Positions 31,710 through 41,529 of a stretch of DNA of 64,000 bases are shown in pieces. This DNA comes from an uncultured Clostridia bacterium (lineage in GTDB: Bacteria > Bacillota > Clostridia > TANB77 > CAG-508), in NCBI GenBank assembly GCA_949948835.1, contig CATLHF010000005.1, forward strand, positions 30,245 to 94,244. Reading direction: 5' to 3'. The translations under genes were made by a program, and so were the position numbers. The notes under the pieces are model-generated. The model searched no databases. It had not been told where the DNA came from and worked only from the letters and a program-made list of their open reading frames with translations. Numbering within the stretch: the stretch's first letter is position 1; the number at the start of each line of letters is the position of its first letter.

Positions 31710-34700
31710 TTATAATACAAATTTCTTAATGAAGTAAATGCCACCTGCTAAGGTAATACATATAATTGCTGTTAGTGTAATATACATTCTTGCTTCACCT
31801 GTCTTAACTGCTAGGATAACTGGTGCATTGTCGATGTCATCTTCTCCTGGTTTGTTGTTATCTGGAGTTGAGTCAATATCTGGTGCATCATATTCGTTAT
31901 CGTCTTTACTAATTTCTGCCCAGTTTACTTTTAATCCTAGGTTTTTATCACTATTTTCCCAAGTAAGTAGAATTTCTACCGTTGTACTTTCTCCTGGTTT
32001 TAATAATTGGTCTTTTACTTGGTCAGTTGTTACTTCTCTTTCACCAACTTGTTTCCATAGTGGGTTATCTTTTGGATCAAATTTTAATCCAACTGGAATG
32101 TAATCTTTAATTTCTTTTACATATCCTTCGATTTCACCTTCGTTGGTTACTTTGATTTTGTATTTAAACTTAACAGTTACTTTCTTTAAGTCTTTTGCTT
32201 TTAAATCTACTTTTACAACTGGTTCTGGATTCTCTTCTCCTGTATGTCCAGTTTCAGTAATGGTCTGTTTTCCGTTTTCAATAACAATTGCTTGTGTTAC
32301 CCATTTTTTAAGTGCTAAGTCAAAATATTGTACTTTTACTTTATCAATATCAATATCATCTTCTCCTGGTTTATTATTTCCTGGAGTTGAATCTACATCA
32401 TCTACTGGTTTGCCATCTTCATCGGTATCTTCAGAAATTTCTGCTGTGTTTATTAAAATTCTATCTGATGTGTTTGGTTCTGTTACTTTAAATGCAATTT
32501 TTACATCTCTATGGTCTGGGTTTGTATCACTAAGTCCTGCTTCTACATCAAATGCCTTTAATAAATTTTCACCTGCTTGTTTTTCTTGTTCTTTTGATAA
32601 ATAATCGGTCGTTATTTTTACAGCACTTGCAACATCTGTTGTTTCTTTTCCGTCTTTATCAATCATTTTCCAACGGTACTCTACGTTTGTTTCATTTTCT
32701 GGTAAGAATAATAGTCCTTCTGGTAAATCATCTGTAATTTCAGACGCATAACCATTCATTGTTCCTTCGTTATAAATTCTTATGGTATATGTTACAATAT
32801 TTGTATTTGCTACTAATACTGGTTCTTTTGTATGAGTATATTTGATATTTCCATCTTCGCCCATACTTAATTGTGGATATCGATTGTTAATGTCTAAATT
32901 ATTTACTTTTGTAATAAATTTTCTTAAAGCTAAATCAAAGTATACAATTTTTACACTATCGAAATCGTCATCGTCCTCTTGTCCCGGAATGTATTTATCA
33001 CCACGATTAATTTCGTCATCTTTGTAATTTGGTAATTTTTCATCATCTGGTAATATTACATTATCTTCTTTAGAGTCAATATCTTTTATAGTATTTCCAT
33101 TTTCATCAGTAAAGTCTGTAATGTCTGCAATGTTTACAATTCGTTTACTGTATTTTGCATCTGCTGTTACTTTGCAATTTACACTAACTTCTTTATAAGA
33201 TAGGGTTTCTCCATCAAATGCTTTAATTAAATTCTTTTCGTTTGCTTCTTTTGATAAGTAATTTGTTTTGATGGTTCTATGTGTTTCGTCCGTTTCATCA
33301 TAACTCCATCCTTTTGCAATATTTTCCTTATCTTCTGGTAAAAATTCTAATTGTTCTGGTAGATGGTCTGTTATTTCTGATGCATATCCATCTTTTGGTC
33401 CTTCATTATAAACACGAATCGTATAAGTTACAATATCTCCTACTTTTACATCAAGTGGTGCTTTTGGATGATTGTAAATAGCAGTTGTTGCAGTTCCTGC
33501 TACTAGTCCAGATACATCTACAACTGGTTCTCTACTAATTTCTGGTACTTTTCCATTTACTGCTGTAATAAATTTTCTTAAAGCTAAATCAAAATATGTA
33601 ATTCTTACATTATCAAAATCATCGTCATCTTGCTGTCCTGGAATGTAGTTATCACCACGGTTAATTTCTTCTTCTTTATAATTTGGTAGATTTTCGTCAC
33701 TTGGTACTACTACATTGTTTTCTTGAGAGTCTCTATCAATTACAGTATTTCCGTTTTTATCTGTAAATCCAGTAATATCTGCAATATTTACAATTCTTTT
33801 ATCAAAGTTACGGTCTGCTACTACTTTACATTTAACTTTAACTTCTTTATAGTCTAATGTATTCCCACCATCATATGCTTTAATTAAGTTGTCACTATCT
33901 AAGTCTCCAGATAGGTGTGATGTTTTAATTGTTCTTAATGACATATCCGTTTCATCATATACCCATCCGTTTGCAATATTGTCTTCATCTTCTGGTAAAA
34001 ATTCTAGTTGTGATGGTAAATGGTCAGTTATTTCAGTTACATATCCATCTTTTTGTCCTTCATTGTAAACACGAATTGTGTATGTTACAATATCCCCTAT
34101 TTCTACTGCAATTGGTGCTTTTGGATGATTGTAAATAGCGGTTGTTGCAGTTCCTGCTTTTAATCCAGATACATCTACAACTGGTTCTCTACTAATAGCT
34201 GGTGCTTTTCCATTAACAGCACTTATAAATTTTCTTAAACTTAAGTCAAATGGTTTTGGTGCAATATAGATACTATCAAAATCGTCATCATCTTGTTGTC
34301 CTGGAATGTATTCATCTCCACGGTTAATTTCTTCTTTTTTATAATTTGGTAGATTTTCATCAGATGGTAATGTTACATTATCTGCTTGTGAATCTCTATC
34401 AACAACTGGGTTACCATTTTTATTGGTAAAGTCTGTAATATCTGCAATGTTTACAATTCGCTTTCCTTCTGGTGCTGTTTCTTTTAATTTACATCTTACT
34501 TCTATGTCTTTGTAGTCTAGTGTATTTCCACCATCATATGCTTTTAGTAAATTACTTTCTCCGTTTTCTTTTGATAAGTAATCGGTTTTGATTGTTCTTT
34601 TGGTAGTGTCGGTTTCATCATATTTCCATCCATATTCTATGTTTTTACTGTCATTTGGTAAAAACTCAAGTTCTGGTGGTAAATGATCAGTTATTTCTGA

Positions 34701-36263
34701 TGCATATCCATCTTTTTGTCCTTCATTGTAAACTCTTATTGTATAAGTAATAATATCTTTCTCTTTTACTTCAATTGGTGTTTTTGGATGTTTATAAGTA
34801 GCAGTTGTTGCGGTTCCTGCTTTTAATGCAGATACATCAACGATTGGTTCTCTACTAACTGATACTTTTACTCCATTTACTTCAGAAATAAATTTTCTTA
34901 AAGCTAAGTCAAATGGTTTTGGTGTTGGTATTGCTACTGTTACAGTATCTTCATAGTTAACTGGTACTTTTTCTACTAATACAACTGGTTGTTCGTTACG
35001 GTATGTTGCTTCGTCTGTTGTATAATAAGTAGCATTTGTTTTTTGATATGTAATACTAATATCAAATTTGATACTTGCAATTTCTGTAGTTTCTGGTATG
35101 CGGATATAAAAATCCTGTCCAAATAGGCTTTGTATATTGTTATTTGCCACTTGATTTTTGTTTGCATCTAATAATGTATAGTTAAATGCATTTCCTGCTT
35201 CATCTGCAAAACCTAATTTATTTATTGTATATGGTAAATCTGAATTTTGGTTAATACGGAATGGTCCAACAAGGTAGTTTTCATCATCTGCTACAATTGT
35301 TACTCTTGTTTTATCAAATGCTAAAGGAGAAACGACATCTTTTGATTCGTAAGTTCCTTTTGTTTTTGCATTTGTTAAGAAATAACGATATAACATTTCA
35401 CATTCTTGTTGACGAAATAACCCGTTATCTGCTTGTTCTGTGTTATATAAATCTTCGAATGTTTCGTATTTTTCATCTTTACCAGACCAGTTATTAAACG
35501 ATAGAACTGGTAATTCTTCATTATGATAATTACTGTTTTCTGGATTTGTAAAATACCAAAGCGCCATTTGTTGAACAACTTCAATATCATCGTCTGTTAT
35601 TTTTACATGCTCTATTGTATAGTTTGAGTCGATAATACCTGCAGCTGTTAATAATGCTACTTTTTCTGCTTGCGTACTTTGTTTTGGCAAATACATATTA
35701 TCTAAAATCCACATAACTTTATTGTATGAAGTCGCATCTGTTTTAAAAACATCAATTGCTTGTAATCTTGTTAATACTTCTTGTTTTTGAGATTTCATAT
35801 CAAATTTTTGATTATATGTTTTTTTAACAGTTGTTACATTGGTATTTCCATTATCCATCATAAAACCATGTTCTGCTTTTAAACAATAAAAAGCATTTGA
35901 GTAATCGATTTTTGTGCTACTGGTTGTTGGATAGGAAACAATTTTCCATACTTTTTTATTTGGCATACCATTACTTTTTATGCCAAGTCCATAAGCTCCT
36001 CCATTTTTTCCATTTTGTGCTTCTCTAACATTTGTAATTCCTAATACATAGTTAGCATTTGCTGCATATGTTGTTCCTTCACCTATTGCTAACATTGTGC
36101 AAAGGATCATCGTAACAGCCATAAACATTCCGATTAATTTTTTCAGATTCATATTTCTTACCTTCCTTATAAAAATTATAATGATACTATCATATATTTT
36201 ACTTTCATCTGTTTTGTTCGTCAATAGCAGGTTTTTCCAATTTCTTCGTTTTTCTTTTGGCAT
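31710..36263 (-). CDS. Giant surface protein (1517 aa). Signal peptide, four or more tandem DUF11-like repeats, Cna-B-like domains, C-terminal LAVKTGE-TM-KKFVL anchor.
   Basis: Near-identical repeats GDIVTYTIRVYNEGQKDGY(A/V)(S/T)EITDHLP...LEFLPEDxxNI. C-terminus VILAVKTGEARMYITLTAIICITLAGGIYFIKKFVL. Confidence 0.75.
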   Translation of the reverse strand: MPKEKRRNWKNLLLTNKTDESKIYDSIIIIFIRKVRNMNLKKLIGMFMAVTMILCTMLAIGEGTTYAANANYVLGITNVREAQNGKNGGAYGLGIKSNGMPNKKVWKIVSYPTTSSTKIDYSNAFYCLKAEHGFMMDNGNTNVTTVKKTYNQKFDMKSQKQEVLTRLQAIDVFKTDATSYNKVMWILDNMYLPKQSTQAEKVALLTAAGIIDSNYTIEHVKITDDDIEVVQQMALWYFTNPENSNYHNEELPVLSFNNWSGKDEKYETFEDLYNTEQADNGLFRQQECEMLYRYFLTNAKTKGTYESKDVVSPLAFDKTRVTIVADDENYLVGPFRINQNSDLPYTINKLGFADEAGNAFNYTLLDANKNQVANNNIQSLFGQDFYIRIPETTEIASIKFDISITYQKTNATYYTTDEATYRNEQPVVLVEKVPVNYEDTVTVAIPTPKPFDLALRKFISEVNGVKVSVSREPIVDVSALKAGTATTATYKHPKTPIEVKEKDIITYTIRVYNEGQKDGYASEITDHLPPELEFLPNDSKNIEYGWKYDETDTTKRTIKTDYLSKENGESNLLKAYDGGNTLDYKDIEVRCKLKETAPEGKRIVNIADITDFTNKNGNPVVDRDSQADNVTLPSDENLPNYKKEEINRGDEYIPGQQDDDDFDSIYIAPKPFDLSLRKFISAVNGKAPAISREPVVDVSGLKAGTATTAIYNHPKAPIAVEIGDIVTYTIRVYNEGQKDGYVTEITDHLPSQLEFLPEDEDNIANGWVYDETDMSLRTIKTSHLSGDLDSDNLIKAYDGGNTLDYKEVKVKCKVVADRNFDKRIVNIADITGFTDKNGNTVIDRDSQENNVVVPSDENLPNYKEEEINRGDNYIPGQQDDDDFDNVRITYFDLALRKFITAVNGKVPEISREPVVDVSGLVAGTATTAIYNHPKAPLDVKVGDIVTYTIRVYNEGPKDGYASEITDHLPEQLEFLPEDKENIAKGWSYDETDETHRTIKTNYLSKEANEKNLIKAFDGETLSYKEVSVNCKVTADAKYSKRIVNIADITDFTDENGNTIKDIDSKEDNVILPDDEKLPNYKDDEINRGDKYIPGQEDDDDFDSVKIVYFDLALRKFITKVNNLDINNRYPQLSMGEDGNIKYTHTKEPVLVANTNIVTYTIRIYNEGTMNGYASEITDDLPEGLLFLPENETNVEYRWKMIDKDGKETTDVASAVKITTDYLSKEQEKQAGENLLKAFDVEAGLSDTNPDHRDVKIAFKVTEPNTSDRILINTAEISEDTDEDGKPVDDVDSTPGNNKPGEDDIDIDKVKVQYFDLALKKWVTQAIVIENGKQTITETGHTGEENPEPVVKVDLKAKDLKKVTVKFKYKIKVTNEGEIEGYVKEIKDYIPVGLKFDPKDNPLWKQVGEREVTTDQVKDQLLKPGESTTVEILLTWENSDKNLGLKVNWAEISKDDNEYDAPDIDSTPDNNKPGEDDIDNAPVILAVKTGEARMYITLTAIICITLAGGIYFIKKFVL

Positions 36264-36631
36264 AAAAAAAACACTCTACGGAAGCTACTTTTTAAGTAGG
36301 CACCTTTTGAAAAAGCCCATATATTACAATTATATAACATTTTCGTAATATTTTCAACGCATTATGTAAAATTTGCTGTTTTTTCTTTCTATGCGTAAGT
36401 TTTTTAAATTTTAGTCATATTTTTTAGTAATTATGAATAAAATGAAATTAGTCTTGACTTAGTAATTTTTTGTAAAACTAGTCTTGACTTCTGGCTACTT
36501 TTTTGCTATTATAGTATTTGCTTTAGTTTATGCCAAAGTTTTACTAAGTGTAGACGAATCATGAGTCGTACAGTTAGTTGATGCGAAAGTTCTGTTAGCT
36601 GTTGAGGCTTTGTCGATTACAGATAACTTAT

Positions 36632-36707
36632 GCGAAAGTAGCTCATCTGGTAGAGCGTCGCCTTGCCAAGGCGAAGGTAGCGGGTTCGAGCCCCGTCTTT
36701 CGCTCCA
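36632..36707 (+). tRNA. tRNA-Gly (anticodon GCC).
   Basis: Cloverleaf: acceptor GCGAAAG/CTTTCGC, anticodon loop TTGCCAA, T-loop GCGGGTTCGAGCCCCGT, encoded CCA. Confidence 0.85.
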
Positions 36708-36723
36708 AAAATTATATATTTAT

Positions 36724-36797
36724 GGCGCCTTAGCCAAGCGGTAAGGCACGAGTCTGCAAAACTCTGATGATCGGTCCGACTCCGATAGGCGCCTCCA
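36724..36797 (+). tRNA. tRNA-Cys (anticodon GCA).
   Basis: Acceptor GGCGCCT/AGGCGCC, D-loop GCCAAGCGGTAAGGC typical of tRNA-Cys, anticodon loop CTGCAAA, CCA end. Confidence 0.75.
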
Positions 36798-36800
36798 AGG

Positions 36801-36848
36801 AAAAAGCGATAAAATGTTGAAATATCAGTATTTTATCGCTTTTTATGT
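36801..36848 (+). terminator. Terminator after the tRNA pair.
   Basis: AAAAAGCGATAAAAT...ATTTTATCGCTTTTT inverted repeat plus a T-run. Confidence 0.6.
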
Positions 36849-37185
36849 GTTTTTTAATTTAAAAGTAAGAATGCAGTGTTTTTAAAGGTTTTAGAGGTCG
36901 AAAAATTAAAAATTCAGACTAAATGTTATAAAATTGTTATAAAAAACGGGTAATAGATTTTGAAAGCTAGCTGTTAAGCTATATTTGAGGTCTGTCTTGC
37001 TGATTACAGCCTCCAAACTTGCTTGACAGCAAGAGATAAAATGAAAAGTGAATAGTTAAGGGTATCTATTAAACTTAAAGCTTATATAATAAGCAAGTTT
37101 GTACTTTTAACTATTCACTTTTCACTATATAAATTTTGAACCTTTTAACTATTGCAAAAATTAACATAATTTTTGCATTTTTGTC

Positions 37186-37214
37186 TTGACACATTACATA
37201 ATGTGTAGTATTAT
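37186..37214 (+). promoter_or_regulatory. Strong sigma-A promoter whose spacer contains a palindromic operator-like site.
   Basis: TTGACA-17-TATTAT. The spacer ACATTACATAATGTGTA is a near-perfect palindrome. Confidence 0.5.
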
Positions 37215-37363
37215 GTAATACGTAAGCAAATAATGTTTGTTTTGAAGCGCTAGTTATAGGCGCAGAAAGGAGTACTATGAAAGTAGTACGGAAAATAAAC
37301 CGAGGACCGCCTCATATTATTTTTTGTAACTGTTGACTTTGTTTTGAATAAGGAGGTTTTATT

Positions 37364-37510
37364 TTGGGATCAAGTGGAACTAACGTATTTTTAACTAATT
37401 CAATGATTATGAAAAGTGATGTGGCGGCAGCTACTGTTGGCACCAGAATGGGTGTAGCAGGGCAGCGGAGAAGTGGCGAAATAATCTTTGGTTTGATCTC
37501 ACAGTCATAA
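37364..37510 (+). CDS. Candidate small protein (48 aa, TTG start) in a short promoter-to-terminator unit convergent with the acyl-CoA ligase gene.
   Basis: RBS AAGGAGG 8 nt before the TTG. Unusually GC-rich coding segment for this genome. A terminator lies at 37565-37600. A 19-aa ORF (37277-37336) with its own RBS precedes it. Confidence 0.25.
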   Translation: MGSSGTNVFLTNSMIMKSDVAAATVGTRMGVAGQRRSGEIIFGLISQS

Positions 37511-37564
37511 TTGGCGACATGAATAGAACTTTTATGCTGTAGGAGATGTCAGTAGCTTATAAAA

Positions 37565-37600
37565 GCTACGAGGGATGCGTTAAAGTGCATCCCTCATTTT
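37565..37600. terminator. Bidirectional terminator shared by the small-ORF unit and the acyl-CoA ligase gene.
   Basis: GAGGGATGCGTTAAAGTGCATCCCTC followed by TTTTTTATTTTTT. Confidence 0.65.
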
Positions 37601-39493
37601 TTATTTTTTACTTTTATCTTTTTGCAATTCTGCAAAACGTTTGATTTTCATAGTCGTTGTTTTTTCAAATTCATCTTTTTTGATTTCTAAATTTTTAATT
37701 GCTTTATAAGATGTTAATTTTTTATTTACTTTTTTGATTTCTTCCCAAATAATTTTATGAATTTCTTCTTCTGTTAAATCTTTCCCATGTTTTTCTTCTA
37801 TTTTTTCGTAATCTGGTATTACTTTTACCGAAATCACAAGTTCTTTTGAATCCTCTTCTTCTTTTCCGTATACCATACACTCTTTTATTTCTTCAACATT
37901 TCCAAGTAATAGTTCAATTTCTTCTGGATAAATATTTTTACCATTTTGTGTGACAATCACATTTTTACTTCTTCCTGTAATATACAAAAATCCGTCTTCA
38001 TCTAAATAACCTACATCTCCAGAATTAAACCATCTTTCGCCATCAATGACATGTACCACTTCATTGGTTGCTTCTTCATCTTCATAATAACCAATCATTA
38101 AGGTTTCACTTTTAATAAAAACTTCTCCTTCTCCATTCTCATTTGGATTATGAATATTGAGTTCTGCACAAGTAACTGCTTTTCCAGCAGACCCTACTCT
38201 TGGGTCAAATTCTGGTGTTAATGCTGCAATTGGTGCTGTTTCGGTTAAACCATATCCTTGTAAAAATTGAATTCCAATATCTTGTACCCATTTCCCTACT
38301 TTAGCATCAATTGGTGCTGCTGCTGATACAATAATTCGAATATTTCCACCTAGGTTATCGTATATTTCTTTAAATACTTTTCGTTTTACATCAATATTAA
38401 CGCCTTTTAAAGCATTGGTTAGATGTATCATAGATTTTACTAATTTATCTTTTTTGCTTTTAACAATATTTGCATTAATCTTTTTATATAAGTTTTCTAC
38501 TAATAATGGTACAGCAAGCATTGCTGTTGGATGTGTTTCTTTTAGGTTTGGAACAATGTGTTTTAATCCTTCACAAATAGCAATGGATGCTCCTACTGAC
38601 ATTGGTAGTAAAAATCCAATACTAGATTCATATGTATGATGTAGCGGTAAAACAGAGAAAAATCTGTCATGTTCGTTTAAGTATACATAGGCTGCAACCA
38701 CATTTACGTTTTGTGCTAAATTTCGGTTATTAATCATAACACCTTTTGCTTTTGAGGTTGTTCCTGATGTAAAAATTAATACTTTAAATTCTTCTGGATC
38801 AATTTCGATTTCCATGAAACTATTATCACCAGATTCTACAATTCGATTTCCTTGTTCTATCACATAATTTGCACCAACATCTTGTCCAGAAATAGAGTCA
38901 TCTGAATTCATTTGGATAAAATATTCAACTTCTGGTAAGTTGTCTTTAATTTTTTTAATGACTTCTTTTTTCTTGGTTGAATAAATAACTGCACTTGCTT
39001 TGGCACGTTTTACTACATTTTCAATTTCATTTGCTGGTAGTTCTTTATCAACAGGAACTGCAATTCCTACTCCACATAGCATTGCCATATAAGATACATA
39101 CCAATGGTAAGTATTCTCTCCAATAATAACAACTCTTTTATCTTTTAAGTTTAATAATTTGGTTAATCCTGTTCCAAGTCCAATGACATCCTTTCGAAAT
39201 TGTGCATAAGGAATTTCAGTAAATGGTTCTTTATGATCAAATTTTTCTAACATAAAGACTTCATCTTTAAATTCTGTTGTAGATTTATGAAAAATTTCTT
39301 TTATGGTTTTATAGTCTTTGGCTCCATACTTAATCTCTTTTTTCTTTTGATTTGGTTGTTCTACCATTTCTTCATCTATTTCGGATATTCCTTCCATTTT
39401 TAACTTTGGAAATTTAAAATTTGGTACTTTAAAATCTTTTAATATTCTCAAATCTATCACTCCTCTTCCATTTCTTCTATTATTAAAGCACAT
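37601..39493 (-). CDS. Long-chain-fatty-acid--CoA ligase (AMP-dependent synthetase).
   Basis: AMP-binding motifs LIFTSGTTSKAKGVM, YGLTET and the GDVGYLDEDGFLYITGR hinge. Confidence 0.75.
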   Translation of the reverse strand: MCFNNRRNGRGVIDLRILKDFKVPNFKFPKLKMEGISEIDEEMVEQPNQKKKEIKYGAKDYKTIKEIFHKSTTEFKDEVFMLEKFDHKEPFTEIPYAQFRKDVIGLGTGLTKLLNLKDKRVVIIGENTYHWYVSYMAMLCGVGIAVPVDKELPANEIENVVKRAKASAVIYSTKKKEVIKKIKDNLPEVEYFIQMNSDDSISGQDVGANYVIEQGNRIVESGDNSFMEIEIDPEEFKVLIFTSGTTSKAKGVMINNRNLAQNVNVVAAYVYLNEHDRFFSVLPLHHTYESSIGFLLPMSVGASIAICEGLKHIVPNLKETHPTAMLAVPLLVENLYKKINANIVKSKKDKLVKSMIHLTNALKGVNIDVKRKVFKEIYDNLGGNIRIIVSAAAPIDAKVGKWVQDIGIQFLQGYGLTETAPIAALTPEFDPRVGSAGKAVTCAELNIHNPNENGEGEVFIKSETLMIGYYEDEEATNEVVHVIDGERWFNSGDVGYLDEDGFLYITGRSKNVIVTQNGKNIYPEEIELLLGNVEEIKECMVYGKEEEDSKELVISVKVIPDYEKIEEKHGKDLTEEEIHKIIWEEIKKVNKKLTSYKAIKNLEIKKDEFEKTTTMKIKRFAELQKDKSKK

Positions 39494-39534
39494 TATTTAG
39501 ATTTTGTAAATGTCTTAACTTATTATTTGAAAAT

Positions 39535-40278
39535 TTATACCATTGTTGCTAGTATTCCTAACATAAACCCTAAAATATTTCCAATACTGTTCATTCTTCC
39601 TTTATATAGTTTGTTGGATTCTGGAATTAGCTCTCCAGATACAATATATAACATTGCTCCTGCTGCAAAAGATAAGCATATTGCAATAATTTCTTGTGAG
39701 ATGGTTCCGACTAATGCTCCAAAAAAAGCTCCTACTCCAGTAGTAACACCAGATAAGATAACATAGAAGATTACTCTTGAAACCTTCATTCCTCCATTTT
39801 TCATGGGAACTGCCATAGACACTCCTTCTGGAATATCATGTAAAAGAATCGCAATTGCAAGAGAATAACCAAGTTTAATGGATGCTCCAAATCCAGAGCC
39901 AATGGCTAATCCCTCTGGAAAGTTATGTAGGGCCAAACCAATGCTTACAATAATTCCTGTTTTTAATAAGGTATTTGTATTTTTCGCATAATGTACATTC
40001 GTATTAAATTTTTTTTGTACTAATACATCACATGCAATCATAGCAATAACTCCAAATAGCATGCCTAACACAATTAATGGGATTCCTGCTATTTCTAGTC
40101 CTTCTGGAATTAAATCGAAACATACAATAGAAATCATTAGTCCTGATGCTAAGGATAAAATAAACCCTAAAAATTTATTCGATACATTCTTAAAAGCTAC
40201 TCCAATTAATCCACCAATGGTTGTTCCAAATGTTCCAAAAAATAACCCAATAATTGTCGTTCTGATGACATATTCCAT
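39535..40278 (-). CDS. ZIP family zinc/metal transporter (ZupT-like).
   Basis: 247 aa and 8 TM helices. Motifs HNFPEGLAIG and HDIPEGVSMAVP. Confidence 0.75.
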   Translation of the reverse strand: MEYVIRTTIIGLFFGTFGTTIGGLIGVAFKNVSNKFLGFILSLASGLMISIVCFDLIPEGLEIAGIPLIVLGMLFGVIAMIACDVLVQKKFNTNVHYAKNTNTLLKTGIIVSIGLALHNFPEGLAIGSGFGASIKLGYSLAIAILLHDIPEGVSMAVPMKNGGMKVSRVIFYVILSGVTTGVGAFFGALVGTISQEIIAICLSFAAGAMLYIVSGELIPESNKLYKGRMNSIGNILGFMLGILATMV

Positions 40279-40342
40279 AAAAAAACTCCTTTACCAAAAA
40301 CTAATACTAGCTTATGATAAAAGAGTTTTTTTTATTCACTTT

Positions 40343-41413
40343 TTATTGTTCTTCTCCTTTTAATCGTTCTGCACGGTCTGCTGCAATTAAGGAATCAATC
40401 ATTTCATCTAAATTTCCATTTAAGAAATCTTCCATTTGGTAAATGCTAAGCCCAATTCTGTGGTCTGTAATACGTCCTTGTGGATAGTTATAAGTTCTTA
40501 TTTTTTCAGAACGGTCTCCACTTCCTACTTGACTCTTTCTTTCGTTTGCAAGTTCGGAATCACGTTTTTGTTTTTCAATTTCGTATAATCTAGAACGTAA
40601 TAATCTCATAGCATATTCACGGTTTTGTAATTGAGAACGTTCGGTTTGACATTCTGCTACAATTCCTGTTGGTATATGAGTTAGACGAACAGCAGATGAT
40701 GTTTTATTTACGTGTTGTCCTCCTGCTCCTGATGCACGGTATACATCCATTTTAATATCCGATGGATTAATTTCAATTTCAACATCTTCTACAACAGGAA
40801 GTACTGCAACAGTTGAAGTAGATGTATGGATTCTTCCACTTGATTCGGTATCTGGTACTCTTTGTACACGGTGAACACCACTTTCGAATTTTAGTCTACT
40901 ATAAACACCTTTTCCTGTTACCATGAAAGATACTTCTTTATATCCTCCAAGCCCTGTTTCATTTTCATTTAGAATTTCTAATTTCCAATGTTTTCTTTCT
41001 GCATACATCGTATACATACGAAATAGGGTTCCAGCAAATAGAGCAGCTTCTTCTCCACCTGCTCCTCCACGGATTTCACAAATAACGTTTTTGTCATCAT
41101 CTGGGTCTTTTGGAATTAAAAGAAATTTCAATTCTTCTTCTAGTCCTGGAAGTTTTTCTTTTGCTTCTAACATTTCCATTTCTGCTAAATCTTTCATTTC
41201 TTTATCGGTTTCATTTTCCAACATTTCTCGTGCTTCTTTATAGTTCGCCTCTACTTTTTTATATTCTCTATATTTTTCTACAATTGGTGTCATATCAGAA
41301 TGTTCTTTCATTAGCTTTTGCCATTCACTGGTTCTTGCAATCACTTCTGGGTCACTAATTTGATTTGTTAATTCATCATAACGCTTTTCTACAGCATCTA
41401 ATTTTTGAAACAT
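40343..41413 (-). CDS. prfA: Peptide chain release factor 1.
   Basis: PxT-type domain and the GGQ motif in [25 protein letters not shown]. Confidence 0.9.
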   Translation of the reverse strand: MFQKLDAVEKRYDELTNQISDPEVIARTSEWQKLMKEHSDMTPIVEKYREYKKVEANYKEAREMLENETDKEMKDLAEMEMLEAKEKLPGLEEELKFLLIPKDPDDDKNVICEIRGGAGGEEAALFAGTLFRMYTMYAERKHWKLEILNENETGLGGYKEVSFMVTGKGVYSRLKFESGVHRVQRVPDTESSGRIHTSTSTVAVLPVVEDVEIEINPSDIKMDVYRASGAGGQHVNKTSSAVRLTHIPTGIVAECQTERSQLQNREYAMRLLRSRLYEIEKQKRDSELANERKSQVGSGDRSEKIRTYNYPQGRITDHRIGLSIYQMEDFLNGNLDEMIDSLIAADRAERLKGEEQ

Positions 41414-41529
41414 AATTTAGTCTCTCCTTATTTTTAAATTCCTATGTATTATACACGATTTTTAGCAAATTAGCAACTGCTATTTCATTTTAATTTTAGC
41501 ATGAAAAATCTACATTTCTGATTCGTTTT

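Noticed and set aside
36560-36631. An apparent second tRNA upstream of tRNA-Gly, because GCGAAAGT is repeated.
   Set aside because: The upstream copy does not fold into a cloverleaf: it has no D-arm or T-arm complementarity. It is likely a short duplication or processing signal.
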